From NCBI GenBank assembly GCA_963837955.1, contig CAWIPH010000002.1, forward strand, positions 64,001 to 128,000: a DNA stretch of 64,000 nucleotides, written 5' to 3'. Each line of letters opens with the position of its first letter. The stretch's first letter is position 1. Under the pieces are notes generated by a model. It was not told the DNA's origin, did no database searches, and saw nothing but the letters and a program-made list of their open reading frames with translations. The stretch is from an uncultured Verrucomicrobiae bacterium. Lineage in GTDB: Bacteria > Verrucomicrobiota > Verrucomicrobiia > Chthoniobacterales > JAFAMB01. Positions 20,885 through 31,035 of the stretch are shown piece after piece. A program made the translations under genes and the position numbers.

Positions 20885-21859
20885 TCATGCTCGCTTCTCA
20901 AAAACCCAGGGATTTGTATGTAACCAATCGACTGTTTTCTCGATCGCCTCTCGGATACTGAGGGTTGCCTGCCAGCCGGTCGATCTAATTTTAGCGGTCT
21001 CGAGAAAAATGAACGGGTTATCTCCTACCCAGCCCCGTTTCCCTCCGGTGAATTCGAGTGTAGGGTTCACTCCGAGTCGCGTGCAGATCCAAGAAATCGA
21101 GTCCTTAACGGTGCAATAATCTGGGGCACCCAGATTGTATACTTCACACCGATGGCGAGTTCCTTTGGCCGTTTCGCGTTCCATGACATGCAGAATCGCT
21201 GAGACACAGTCTTGCACGTAAAGATAGGATTTCCGCTGAGTGCCGTCACCTAACACTCGCAACCGCGATGGATCGTGCATCAATTGTTTATAAAAATCGA
21301 ATACGTGCCCGTGCGTGTACCGTTCGCCTAAGATCGATACGAATCGGAAAACATAGCCTTCAAAACCGTACCCTTCGCAATAGGCTTGAATCAATCCTTC
21401 ACCCGCGACCTTGGAAGCACCATACAAGGATGTCTGAATCGGAAAAGGGGCATCTTCGGGTGTCGGTATCACGGCGGCTTCGCCATAGACTGAGCCGGTC
21501 GAGGAGAAGGCGATTCTCTTGATGCCGTTTGCTCGCATCGCTTCGAGCACGTTGAACGTGGCGATCGTATTTTGCTGAAGATCTTTTTGCGGATGGTCGA
21601 GGCCGAACCGAACATCGGCGTTGGCCGCCAAATGAAACACCGTATCACAGCCTTTCATGGCTGAATTTAGAGCATCCAGTTCGAGATTATCACCGAGCTT
21701 GAGTACGAATTGTGGGTGATTTTCGATCCGCTCTATAAAGCGTCTTTGGCCCGTGGAAAAGTTGTCCCAACCGATCACCTTAAAGCCATCTTTCAGTAGC
21801 CGGTCGCAGAGATTACTCCCAATAAATCCGGCGGCACCAGTAACGAAGGCGGATTGCAT
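20885..21859 (-). CDS. NAD-dependent sugar epimerase/dehydratase
   Basis: TGAAGFIG, HLAA, SSTGSVYG, YGASK. Confidence 0.9.
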   Translation of the reverse strand: MQSAFVTGAAGFIGSNLCDRLLKDGFKVIGWDNFSTGQRRFIERIENHPQFVLKLGDNLELDALNSAMKGCDTVFHLAANADVRFGLDHPQKDLQQNTIATFNVLEAMRANGIKRIAFSSTGSVYGEAAVIPTPEDAPFPIQTSLYGASKVAGEGLIQAYCEGYGFEGYVFRFVSILGERYTHGHVFDFYKQLMHDPSRLRVLGDGTQRKSYLYVQDCVSAILHVMERETAKGTRHRCEVYNLGAPDYCTVKDSISWICTRLGVNPTLEFTGGKRGWVGDNPFIFLETAKIRSTGWQATLSIREAIEKTVDWLHTNPWVFEKRA

Positions 21860-21865
21860 GACTAA

Positions 21866-22675
21866 TCAGCGGCCGCCTGCTGACCTTGCGCTTTCAAGTG
21901 GTTTTGGAGATAAGGTTATCCCGATGCAGAGATTACAAAACACGAGAGGCAACGGAACCGGGAAAAATGTGCGGTGCCTCACGTCGAAGAATTTCTGCAA
22001 CTCAGGAAATATTTCCGCCGGCTTATTGAGATGCTCGCGCTCAATTAGCCACTGATACGATTGCTTATAACGTCGCTCGAAAACCCGCTGCGCCGAGATG
22101 CGGCGAGCGAGCGTGTAAGCAAAACTGCCCTCGCACGGAATGACGACGGATAAGCTACCAGTCGATTTATCACAGAGGCGGTATAATTCGCTTATAGCGC
22201 TAGGTAAATTGGGAAGGTGTTCGAGCACGTGCACGGCCAAAATTCGATCGAAGTGACCATCCGGAAAAGGCAACCGTTCTTGACAATCTCCGAGCACAGC
22301 TTGAACGCCCGGAAACCGGTTCCGAATCGATTCGACCATGTTCGGGCGGAGCTCAAGCGCGACGTACTCCCTTTCTTGTTCCGGCAATAAATGCTCATAT
22401 TTTAGATGTTCACCGAGCCCCGCGCCTATCTCCAAGGTCCGCGAAAACTTCTTAGGTGCATGCCTGACCGGGTAGCGATGGTTAAACTCATCAACAACTC
22501 CATACCGCCTGGGCAGAACTTCATGCCAATGCTTCATGAAGTCGTCGCTGATCCGCTTCTGTTCAGCTGTCAGCTCGGGAAAAATCTTTGGCCATTTACC
22601 GGCGGATTCAGTGGCTTTGGCGATTTTTGGCGTATGAGGACTGGGTTTCACTGTGGAGTCGGGAAGGGTACTCAA
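21866..22675 (-). CDS. Class I SAM-dependent methyltransferase
   Basis: TLEIGAGLG, LPFPDGHFD, HVLEHLP. Confidence 0.85.
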   Translation of the reverse strand: MSTLPDSTVKPSPHTPKIAKATESAGKWPKIFPELTAEQKRISDDFMKHWHEVLPRRYGVVDEFNHRYPVRHAPKKFSRTLEIGAGLGEHLKYEHLLPEQEREYVALELRPNMVESIRNRFPGVQAVLGDCQERLPFPDGHFDRILAVHVLEHLPNLPSAISELYRLCDKSTGSLSVVIPCEGSFAYTLARRISAQRVFERRYKQSYQWLIEREHLNKPAEIFPELQKFFDVRHRTFFPVPLPLVFCNLCIGITLSPKPLESARSAGGR

Positions 22676-24429
22676 GGTGGATAATTGACGGCGGATTTTA
22701 TTGAATACCAGGTAGAAGCCGAATTTGCTCGGGTTAGGTTGAGGAATTCTCGAGACGGTTTCAGAGGAGGAAAAGGAGTCTTCGGGAAAGGCTTTGGTTC
22801 GAAAATTCTATCGCCGATAGTCAGTGGTTCGCTTGATCGCCGGTATTTCCCGTTTACGGCCTGAAAGAATATAAAACGATGGTCTTCGATTATCGGCCAC
22901 AATGCGGGGTCCCAGATAGGAGTATGCAAAAGCAGCCCACGAGGGGAAGCTTCGATCGGACATCCCTTCCAAAAGGTGTAAACCCTTGGCGGATGTAGCC
23001 AGGACTTCGGCATCTGGCAGAAATAAGCGAGTCCCAGCGGTTCGTAGTTGACCTGACCAAAAGGAGGAAATCCTTCGGTGGTAGCCCCAACGGTCGGGTC
23101 GTCAGCGAGCTGGAAGAGGATGATCTCCCCGTCCGCGATATCACCGCAGTCGCTCAAGATATCCTCCCAGAAAGATCTCTCTCTACTCCATTCGCGAACG
23201 TATTGGGTTCGTTGAATCTCGAAGCCAAATGCTATTAAGGTTCCTATTAAGAGCGAGGAACCTAGGACAAGGCCAGATCTACCGAATGAATTAGTCGACC
23301 GCTCAGCCAGAGCGAACAACGCGCCGATAAAGAGTGCACCGCCGACAGCTCCTACAGAGTGAACTGCCGAAAGACGGCCAATAGAAACAATGGGTGGGTA
23401 GTATCCCGGACGAAATGCTAAGGCGTAGCTTATTGCCCAACTAATGGCGCCTGCTAAAGCGACGAACGCGAGTTCGTGGACATGCCTTGGCTCAGACTCT
23501 TTCTCATCTCCGTCACGCAGATTTTCGCCAATTCGTTGAGGATTTACGCGAAAAAGAATCAATGCAACGATCGACGCACTCACGACGATTATGAGCCACT
23601 CTGTGACGTCGCTGTGCCCGAGTGCGTCCAGCGGACGGATCGCCATCATTTTGAGTGAATTGAGCGGTCCCTGAACGCAAGCCTGCACGATTCTAGGCAG
23701 TATTTCCCGAAAAGTTCCCAATGTTGTTGCCGCTCGCTCTTCGCCGAGCAGTCCTCTTACGAAGACGACCATTGCCGCGAAAAGGAAAAAAACCAGACTG
23801 TGAACGAAAAAATTGCGGACGGGTTTTCTAGGTGGCTGAACAGCCAAAAGGGGAGCGATGATAAAGGGTAGATAAGTGCTCTCGTAGGTTAGCAGCAGGC
23901 AGCCCGCCAATCCGAACGCCAGAATGCGCCGATGATTGCGATAAAGAAATAAGGCAAGGAGAAGACCAGTGATCGGCAGCAGTATCGCCGCCTGGTGCAT
24001 CAAGATCTGGCGCGAAGTGTCAATTGGATAGAGCACGAACACCAAACCCGCGAAGAGAGAGCTGCGCCGACCCAGCAGCGGAAGTAGCAGCCGATAGACT
24101 AAGTAGCCGTTTAGTCCCACCACGCTGGAGCTGAACAGGTAGGCGGGTCCGAGGTTCCCTTGGTGGGCAAAGAGTGCGGCTAATCCCGGTTGGAGGGTAT
24201 AGTAAATCGGACGGCCTTGAGGAAACTGCGTGAAGGCGGCTATCAACTGGTCGAGCCAACCGTGAAACGATAACTTCGACCACGGAAGCGTGTAGACAAA
24301 ATCGTCTTCGTACAGTCCGAAAAACGAGAAACACAGAAAATGAGCTACAAAGGCAGTTCCCGCAATTAACGCTAGGGCTTCCCCACCTCGAAACCTCCCT
24401 GGGAATGCCTGTATGGTTTTATCCGTCAC
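22672..24429 (-). CDS. Multi-pass membrane protein, GtrII/GT-C-like glycosyltransferase candidate
   Basis: N-terminal GLYEDDF acidic loop, QGRP, LLTYE, many TM segments; directly downstream of the GtrB-like gene. Confidence 0.6.
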   Translation of the reverse strand: MTDKTIQAFPGRFRGGEALALIAGTAFVAHFLCFSFFGLYEDDFVYTLPWSKLSFHGWLDQLIAAFTQFPQGRPIYYTLQPGLAALFAHQGNLGPAYLFSSSVVGLNGYLVYRLLLPLLGRRSSLFAGLVFVLYPIDTSRQILMHQAAILLPITGLLLALFLYRNHRRILAFGLAGCLLLTYESTYLPFIIAPLLAVQPPRKPVRNFFVHSLVFFLFAAMVVFVRGLLGEERAATTLGTFREILPRIVQACVQGPLNSLKMMAIRPLDALGHSDVTEWLIIVVSASIVALILFRVNPQRIGENLRDGDEKESEPRHVHELAFVALAGAISWAISYALAFRPGYYPPIVSIGRLSAVHSVGAVGGALFIGALFALAERSTNSFGRSGLVLGSSLLIGTLIAFGFEIQRTQYVREWSRERSFWEDILSDCGDIADGEIILFQLADDPTVGATTEGFPPFGQVNYEPLGLAYFCQMPKSWLHPPRVYTFWKGCPIEASPRGLLLHTPIWDPALWPIIEDHRFIFFQAVNGKYRRSSEPLTIGDRIFEPKPFPKTPFPPLKPSREFLNLTRANSASTWYSIKSAVNYPP

Positions 24430-24461
24430 CGGGGGTGATTTAATCTCGCGCGCTAAGGTTA

Positions 24462-25484
24462 TTAATGGTTCTGGATCCGGTCCGCTGTAACGTTTTCCGT
24501 GTTACGCGTGACCGCTGCCTCCGAGCGAGCCTCGAACCCGTAGCTTGATTCAACGATGAAGCGAGGACGAGCCCGAACCTCTTCATATATGCGACCGATA
24601 TACTCGCCGAGAATCCCGATGCTGATCAGTTGGACACCGCCAAGAAACAAAACCATGACGACGATCGTCGGATTGCCCAGCGGGAAAGGGAATCCGCAAA
24701 TTTTTAGGATGGCATAAGCCATTCCGATAAAAAACGAGGAGAGCGCGATTACGAAACCGGCTTGGGTACTCAGGGTTAGGGCATAATTGGAGAAACAGAA
24801 AAGTCCGTTGAATCCAATTCGGAGAGAACCTAGCAAGCGATTGTAGTTACCCTGGCCGGCAAAGCGCGGCGGCCGATCGAATTGGATCGACGTTTGGCGA
24901 AAGCCCACAACCGCGACCATTCCGCGCAAGAATCCGTGACACTCTTTCAGCCGGTTGATCTCATCGACGACCTTTCGACTCATCAGACGGAAGTCACCAG
25001 TATTTGGGGGTATTTCTACATCGGCAATCCGATTGATGATCTTGTACCCGACCGCCGAAACGATTTTCTTGATCCAGGTCTCTCCGTCTCGGTTTCGTCT
25101 CTGCGCATAAACGACATCGAACCCCTCCTGCCATTTTCGGAACATCTCTGTCACCAACTCGGGCGGATCTTGCAGATCGACATCCATGACCACTACGGCC
25201 TCCCCCCGCGCGTACTGCAGCCCAGCTAAGGTTGCCATAGGTTGGCCGAAGCGCCTGGAAAAGGTAATCAGCTTGATCCGGTCGTCTTTGGCGCGCGCCG
25301 CCATGATTCTCTCCTGAGTCTTGTCTGGAGAAGGATCTAGGGCAAAAATGATCTCGAATCGGGAAGTAAGGCCGGAGAGCAGCGGCACAATTCGGCTGAC
25401 AAACTCATCGACATTGCCCTCTTCCTTGTAGACTGGAACTACGATACTGAGAGATGGGCTGTTGGTCTGCATCGTCGGAAACAT
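24462..25484 (-). CDS. GtrB/ArnC-like polyprenol-phosphate glycosyltransferase (GT2)
   Basis: IVVPVYKEE, FSRRFGQ, MDVDLQDPP, TGDFRLMSR, two C-terminal TMs, GEYIGRIYEEV. Confidence 0.9.
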   Translation of the reverse strand: MFPTMQTNSPSLSIVVPVYKEEGNVDEFVSRIVPLLSGLTSRFEIIFALDPSPDKTQERIMAARAKDDRIKLITFSRRFGQPMATLAGLQYARGEAVVVMDVDLQDPPELVTEMFRKWQEGFDVVYAQRRNRDGETWIKKIVSAVGYKIINRIADVEIPPNTGDFRLMSRKVVDEINRLKECHGFLRGMVAVVGFRQTSIQFDRPPRFAGQGNYNRLLGSLRIGFNGLFCFSNYALTLSTQAGFVIALSSFFIGMAYAILKICGFPFPLGNPTIVVMVLFLGGVQLISIGILGEYIGRIYEEVRARPRFIVESSYGFEARSEAAVTRNTENVTADRIQNH

Positions 25485-25537
25485 CGTTCATTCAAGCAAA
25501 AGGACACTTTCTCAAGGAGTTTCTTTCGAAGACATAG

Positions 25538-25663
25538 GCAACGTAGCCTGATGCTCCAGCCTCAGGGAGCGGGTCAGTGATCGGTGATAGTGATTAGTGA
25601 GAGGACCGTGGGAGGGTGCAGCCGCGCCCTGGGTTCCTGAGGCGGAGCATCAGGCTACGTTGC
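25538..25663. repeat. GTAG-type REP doublet (family A) with a GTGAT-type heptamer spacer
   Basis: GCAACGTAGCCTGATGCTCC(A)GCCTCAGG ... CCTGAGGCGGAGCATCAGGCTACGTTGC inverted arms; same arms at 27674 and 35351. Confidence 0.85.
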
Positions 25664-25717
25664 CCCACGCGCATGCGCGTCCATAAAGGCCGACGTCTAG
25701 TTCTCTGGGGAGGGGAG

Positions 25718-25766
25718 GGAGGGACGCGTCCTCGTGCTCCGCGGATCACGAGGACGTGATCCCTCC
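25718..25766. repeat. GGAG-initiated palindromic REP-like hairpin
   Basis: GGAGGGACGCGTCCTCGTG ... CACGAGGACGTGATCCCTCC imperfect inverted repeat. Confidence 0.55.
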
Positions 25767-25898
25767 CCCCGGTTTTAACCCCGGGAAAGGCAATCCGGTA
25801 AAGATTCCCCGGCTGTTTTGGGATCTTTTCGAACCAAGCGGCTCAACGTCCTGGTTCACGCTTCGGTCGGTAAAAACTCTCCGCCCTGGTGATGAGCG

Positions 25899-26828
25899 TT
25901 AGGAACTCAGCGTCGTTCGAATCGCTTCTTCCTGGCTAGCGGTCATAACCCGGTGAGCGGCCCACTCGTCGATTGGCATTTCCGCTGAGTCTTCCTGGTC
26001 TTCACCAACACTTTCTAGACGCGTTTTCTTCAAAGCCTTTCGGTCTCGGTAAGCGTCATCGAGTTTTTGCCGGAACTCTGCGTACAATTGTTCGTCGCTC
26101 CGGTCGGCCGTCAAAACCCGTTTCCCAACGGCGTCTTCTTCATTGAGCCAACGCAAAATCCTTTTTCTCTTCGTGACATTGAGCGCGGGCATCCAACCCA
26201 TCCAAAGCTTGAGTCCGACTTGCTTTAGCTTGGCGTTGAGGACTTCGAGGCTCTTGCCCATTTCATCGACAATTCCCACAAAAAAGAATCGCTCCAAAAT
26301 GAGCCGAGCCACCGGGTAACTATTCACTCCATATTCCGATTGGTCGCCTAAACCGTGCTCCGCCATCGTCACGGGATTACAAAGGAAACGGGTCTGAGGC
26401 GACTGCTCGGCTCCCTCATTCTGATCCAGGTAATATTCCGTTAAATCGCGCAGGGAAAGATCCGGCGTATTCTGAGGCCAACCGCGCTGCACTTCGGCCG
26501 AAAGAACAGGGAAATTGCGTTTCATGTAAGCGGCTAAAGAAACCAGGCGCTCGGCCGGTCGCCGCAGCATGGTGATGTAGCAGGCTCGTCTCGGTCCTAG
26601 CTTAACCGGGAACATGCGCAAGTTATGAGACGTCATCGATTGCAGCCATGGATTTACTCGAATGAGAGTCTGCAAATCCTCGACGCTAAGGATAAATTGA
26701 GGATCCGGGTGGTAATGATGAAAATGGAGAGTATCGAACGATCTGCGAAATCGGTCACTTAAACTAATCCCAGCAGTCTTAGGGATGTGAGAATGCAGGA
26801 TGACCGGTGTATGTGGGAGGCCTTTCAT
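25899..26828 (-). CDS. Sulfotransferase family 2 protein (paralog of 2602-3492)
   Basis: HSHIPKTAG, SPQTRFLC, ILERFFFVG, PIDEWAA shared with 2602-3492. Confidence 0.8.
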   Translation of the reverse strand: MKGLPHTPVILHSHIPKTAGISLSDRFRRSFDTLHFHHYHPDPQFILSVEDLQTLIRVNPWLQSMTSHNLRMFPVKLGPRRACYITMLRRPAERLVSLAAYMKRNFPVLSAEVQRGWPQNTPDLSLRDLTEYYLDQNEGAEQSPQTRFLCNPVTMAEHGLGDQSEYGVNSYPVARLILERFFFVGIVDEMGKSLEVLNAKLKQVGLKLWMGWMPALNVTKRKRILRWLNEEDAVGKRVLTADRSDEQLYAEFRQKLDDAYRDRKALKKTRLESVGEDQEDSAEMPIDEWAAHRVMTASQEEAIRTTLSS

Positions 26829-27074
26829 GCTCCTGAAGTATTTCGCGTGTCAAATGTTGCCAAGATCTGCCCGTGATGACGCGTCGCGCGGAAAATGTCA
26901 CTACAAATTTCAAAACTGGCCCCCGATTTTTGTCATTGGTCCTTGAGTCACTACAATCGCCGTTATTACTAAGTAAGCTGCTCGATGAAACAGAAGGTTA
27001 GCAATGATGGTACTAACGCCTGCGAAGGAACCGGGTTCAGATCACAGAAAGACAGTCTTGCCAGGCTCCCAGAC

Positions 27075-27395
27075 TCTTCTTTTGAACAGGAGGAAAAACA
27101 GAGCAAACGGAGAGCCAGGTTTCGGTCTCGTCCGTGAGGGAGAATCCAGATTTTGAACAGAAGGTAGCAAAGGAAGCAAAGACAGAGGGTCGGAAAGGTG
27201 CAGGTTGACCCAAGAAAAGCGATACGTTCGGGTATTCGCTGAGTACATCCTACAAAAACGAAATTTAACGTTAGGCAATGCTACGTAATCGGCTGAAACT
27301 TTGCTACCTTCTGTTTAGAGATCTGGATTCTTCCCCATGGAGGAGACCGAAACCTGGTTCCCGGTTTGCTCTGTTTCCTCCTGTTCAAAAGAAGA
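27075..27395. repeat. Long imperfect inverted repeat (~98-bp arms, ~126-bp spacer)
   Basis: 27075-27172 (TCTTCTTTTGAACAGGAGG...ACAGAAGGTAGCAAAG) pairs with 27299-27395. Confidence 0.85.
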
Positions 27396-27673
27396 AACGG
27401 GGAGCGTCGTGGCACGTTTCCAGACCATTGTTTATCCGGGTCTGGTTGCGGCTACACTGCGCGGTGAAGCGAAGAAAGAATAGCCGCGAAAGAACACAAA
27501 GATCGCAAAAGATTTGCCAGATTGAGGTTCCTCTCTTTGTACTACACTGGTTTCAAGGCTTGTTTTTTGGCGAGGATTTCGGAGGTACTCTTTTTCAGAC
27601 CAGCCGGATAAGCAGCTGACCAAGGCAATCAGAAATACGAAAGAGATTTTAAACAGAAGCTAGTAAAGGAAGA

Positions 27674-27792
27674 GTAGCCTGATGCTCCGCCTCGGGAATC
27701 CAAGGCGCGCCAATCTCCTGAGGCGGAGCATCAGGCTACGCTACCTTTGCGAGGATTTTCACCCAATCACCAATCACTTCTCACTAATCACT
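27674..27792. repeat. REP family A hairpin plus ATCAC(C/T)A heptamer block
   Basis: 66-bp hairpin 27674-27739 and 34-bp block 27754-27787, both repeated in inverted orientation at 35231-35416. Confidence 0.85.
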
Positions 27793-27815
27793 GTGCTTGC
27801 GTGTATCCCGTACTT

Positions 27816-29105
27816 ATGAAAATTGTCGTGCTCGGTCTCTGGCACCTCGGCTGCGTTACGGCTGCTTGCGCGGCCAAGTTTGAATCTGTCATAGGCCTCG
27901 ATTTTGATCCTTTGGTGGTCGCGCAGCTTCGGAATGGGAAACCGCCTCTGTTCGAACCTGGTCTAGCGGAGCTGGTCAACGAGGGTCTTCAGAGCGGACG
28001 CCTAACGTTCTCCGATGATCCTGCCTCTGCCTGTCGAGAGGCGGATTTACTTTGGGTCTGCTACGACACTCCAGTTGACGAGAACGACGTTGCCGATTTG
28101 GCCCCAGTGATGGACGGGATTGGACGCTGTGCGGCGTTCCTCCGTGCCGGAAGCTTTGTGCTTGTTTCGTCTCAGGTGCCGGCTGGAACCTGTCGCGAGC
28201 TACAGGACGCGCATCCGCATCTCCGTTTCGCTTATTCTCCGGAGAATCTTCGCTTGGGCAAAGCGATCGGAATATTTCTGCAGGCGGATCGCATCATCTT
28301 GGGCGTGAGAACGCCGGAAGATGCTGCCGCGCTCACACCACTTCTAAATCATTTCACTAACAACCTCATTGTGGTTGGTGTGGAATCCGCGGAAATGATC
28401 AAGCACGCGATTAACACGTTCCTGGCTGGTTCGATCACGTTCATGAACGAGATTTCGCGAATTTGTGAGTGGGTTGGCGCGGATGCAAAGGAGGTAGAGC
28501 GAGGCTTAAAATCAGAGACCCGGATTGGTCCGGGAGCATACCTTTCACCGGGCGGACCTTTTGCCGGTGGAACCCTAGCCCGAGACGTGGTCACCCTGAC
28601 GAAAATCGCACGGGACAAAGGCGAACCGCTGGTTCTAATTCCCGCCATCAAACTGAGTAATGATCAACACAAACTCTGGGCGATCCAAAAGCTCCGGGAA
28701 GAACTGGGTGAGCTGGCTGGCAAGGTTGTAGCGATCTTAGGGGTTACCTATAAGCCCGGAACCGACACATTACGGCGAAGTTTGGCGATCGAGCTGTGCC
28801 GTTGGCTACTCCAAGAAGGGGCAAACGTGCGAGCATATGATCCCATCGTCGCTGCGCTTCCGGCTGAACTGGCAGGTATCGCGCTTTCCCGCAACCTGGA
28901 AGAGGTGGTAGCGGGCGCGGCCGCTGCGGTAGTCTGTACAGAATGGCCGCAAATCCGTGAAACTGACTGGGAAAAAATCCAAGCAAACGAGCTCGTGGTC
29001 ATTGATGCCAATGGGTTTCTTGCGGCGGTAATTGAGCACCGCACAGGAGTGACCTATCGCCAGGTCGGAAAACCGAAGAAGGAGATCTCACGCAAAGACA
29101 CATAA
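27816..29105 (+). CDS. UDP-glucose/GDP-mannose dehydrogenase-family protein (atypical)
   Basis: PLFEPGL, CYDTP, SPENLRLG, AEMIKHAIN, GVTYKPGTDTLRRS; GGTLARD replaces canonical GGSCxxKD. Confidence 0.85.
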   Translation: MKIVVLGLWHLGCVTAACAAKFESVIGLDFDPLVVAQLRNGKPPLFEPGLAELVNEGLQSGRLTFSDDPASACREADLLWVCYDTPVDENDVADLAPVMDGIGRCAAFLRAGSFVLVSSQVPAGTCRELQDAHPHLRFAYSPENLRLGKAIGIFLQADRIILGVRTPEDAAALTPLLNHFTNNLIVVGVESAEMIKHAINTFLAGSITFMNEISRICEWVGADAKEVERGLKSETRIGPGAYLSPGGPFAGGTLARDVVTLTKIARDKGEPLVLIPAIKLSNDQHKLWAIQKLREELGELAGKVVAILGVTYKPGTDTLRRSLAIELCRWLLQEGANVRAYDPIVAALPAELAGIALSRNLEEVVAGAAAAVVCTEWPQIRETDWEKIQANELVVIDANGFLAAVIEHRTGVTYRQVGKPKKEISRKDT

Positions 29106-29475
29106 GAGAAGAAAAAACTCACGCAAAGACGCACCAGAGAAGAAAAACCTACGCAAAGACGCAAAGGGGAGGAAGGTAAAGGCTAGGCGGTGGTTCGCAG
29201 ATCATGGGTAGGGCGAAAGCCTGATTCCGTCTAAGCGGGATCGGCTTGAGCCGTTTGTGTTTTACCCAAAGGCCCTTATATCAACGTTCCTTTTCCGCGA
29301 AGGTTTCCGTCTCTCCAATCACTCTTGGACGGCCGCCACGCTGTGCGCTCTCGCGCCAAACTTGTCTTTCTTTGCGTCTTGGCGTCTTTGCGTGAGCTTT
29401 TCTAAGTCCGTTCTCCTTTGCGCCTTGGCGTCTTTGCGTGAGATCTTTCTTCTTCTTATGCGTCTTTGCGTGAGA
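29087..29475. repeat. Inverted pair of CACGCAAAGAC-type arrays with a REP family B unit between them
   Basis: Three ~31-bp units at 29087-29166; three reverse-complement units at 29370-29475; GGTAGGGCGAA...TGAGCCG at ~29208-29253. Confidence 0.85.
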
Positions 29476-29537
29476 CCTTTTTGAATTTGGTTGCGCATCC
29501 GCTGTGTTGTGTTCCTTTGCGTCCTTTCCGTGAGGCC

Positions 29538-30398
29538 ATGAAACTGCAGAATCTTGTTACGATTGTCACCGGAGCGAGTCAGGGCCTTGGGCGTGCCATT
29601 GCCGAAGAATTTGTTAAAGAGGGTGCGCATGTCGCGATTTGTGCGCGAGACCGCAATCTGCTTGAAACCGTGCGTCGCGAGTTGAAAGAACGGGCGAGTC
29701 CCGACCAGCACATTTTGGCGCACGCCGGAGATGTCTCTTCGCGAGACGAGATGAAAGATTTGTTCCGCCGGACCGAACAGGAAATCGGCCTCGTTGACGT
29801 GCTCGTTAATAACGCGGGAATTTACGGACCCAAAGGTCCTAGTGAATCGGTCGACTTGGATGAGTGGAGCCGCGCGGTCGAAATCAATTTGCTTGGAACC
29901 TTTATTCCGATCCGTTGCGCTATCACTCAGATGAAAAAGAAGGGTGGAGGCAAAATCATTAATCTGTCGGGCGGCGGCGCGACGAATCCGTTACCCCGGC
30001 TGAGCTCCTACGCCGCCGCGAAGGCAGCAGTTGTGCGTTTAACCGAGACCTTGGCAGAGGAGCTTCGGGACTTTTCCATCGCGGTAAACGCGATTGCACC
30101 GGGAGCGCTCAATACTCGATTGTTGGATGAAGTGCTTCAGGCTGGACCAGAAGTTGTCGGAACCGGATTCTACGAAAAGGCGCTCAAACAGCGCGAAACG
30201 GGGGGTGCACCCCTGGAGAAAGGTGTCGCACTTTGCGTTTATCTGGCGTCCTCCGCCAGCGATGGAATCACCGGCAAACTAATCAGCGCCCTCTGGGATC
30301 CGTGGGAGAAGCTGGGTGATTTTCGGACCGAATTAGAAGCTAGCGATATTTATACTTTGCGCCGGATCGTTCCGGAAGATAGAGGGAAGAAATTTTAA
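29538..30398 (+). CDS. SDR-family oxidoreductase
   Basis: TGASQGLG, NNAG, SGGGA, YAAAK. Confidence 0.9.
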   Translation: MKLQNLVTIVTGASQGLGRAIAEEFVKEGAHVAICARDRNLLETVRRELKERASPDQHILAHAGDVSSRDEMKDLFRRTEQEIGLVDVLVNNAGIYGPKGPSESVDLDEWSRAVEINLLGTFIPIRCAITQMKKKGGGKIINLSGGGATNPLPRLSSYAAAKAAVVRLTETLAEELRDFSIAVNAIAPGALNTRLLDEVLQAGPEVVGTGFYEKALKQRETGGAPLEKGVALCVYLASSASDGITGKLISALWDPWEKLGDFRTELEASDIYTLRRIVPEDRGKKF

Positions 30399-30406
30399 GA
30401 AAGGGA

Positions 30407-30595
30407 AACGCCGTCATCAAAACGCGGGAGCGCCGACAACGCCGTCATCGCCGGGAACGGTATAAAGCAAGCAGGGACGCATGGGCTCATTACATCGGGC
30501 ATTATAGAACTGAAGAGTCGAATCACCGATCATCACGAAACTAGCTGCGGCGTGCGGCGTTTTTCGTTCTCGGCGATGACGGCGATCTCGGCGTT
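30407..30595. repeat. Inverted pair of 9-mer (A(A/G/T)CGCCGNN) arrays
   Basis: AGCGCCGAC AACGCCGTC ATCGCCGGG at 30407-30460; reverse complement at 30565-30595; same family at 33605 and 59030/59630. Confidence 0.75.
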
Positions 30596-30597
30596 TT

Positions 30598-31020
30598 CTA
30601 GCTTCTAACTTCCAACCCGGTCCCAGTGTGACGGTGCCGCATCCTAAAGACAAACATCTGCATGAGAATAAAACCGCTCAACGTTGCGCAGGGGATCGCG
30701 CAAAGCTTGGCAATTAAAATATTTGAGGTAAAGGTCGAGAGGCAGATCTGCACAACCGCAAGTGTGATCAACCAGCTGCTCCCGACGACCACGGAATATT
30801 GCAGAAGTTGCCGCACGTAATCGCTACGTTGGCATCGGAAAACCCAAAACTTATTGAGCAAGAAATGGCAGATAACCCCGATGAAATAGGCCAGCGTAAC
30901 AGCGACGAGTGGCGGCAAAAACCGGCTCAGAAGGAAGACCGTAGAAAAGTCCACCAGCGCTACTGTGCTGCCTACGGTGCAGAAACGAATAAACCGGGAA
31001 ATTTTCTCGGAGTTAATCAC
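30598..31020 (-). CDS. GtrA-family polyprenol-P-sugar flippase
   Basis: RFIRFCTVG, FLLNKFWVF, four TMs; probable GTG start at 31020. Confidence 0.85.
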   Translation of the reverse strand: MINSEKISRFIRFCTVGSTVALVDFSTVFLLSRFLPPLVAVTLAYFIGVICHFLLNKFWVFRCQRSDYVRQLLQYSVVVGSSWLITLAVVQICLSTFTSNILIAKLCAIPCATLSGFILMQMFVFRMRHRHTGTGLEVRS

Positions 31021-31035
31021 AAGTAGAATTTGCGA

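Noticed and set aside
27042..27623. ORFs 27042-27278, 27278-27619 and 27432-27623
   Set aside because: They are translations of the inverted repeat arms, mirror each other and have no protein motifs.
29087..29166. ~31-bp periodic units as a mini CRISPR array
   Set aside because: The conserved core is only ~13 bp, the intervening parts resemble each other rather than being unique spacers, and there are no cas genes.
29257..29723. ORFs 29257-29484 and 29319-29723
   Set aside because: Low-complexity translations of repeat arrays or antisense to the SDR gene.
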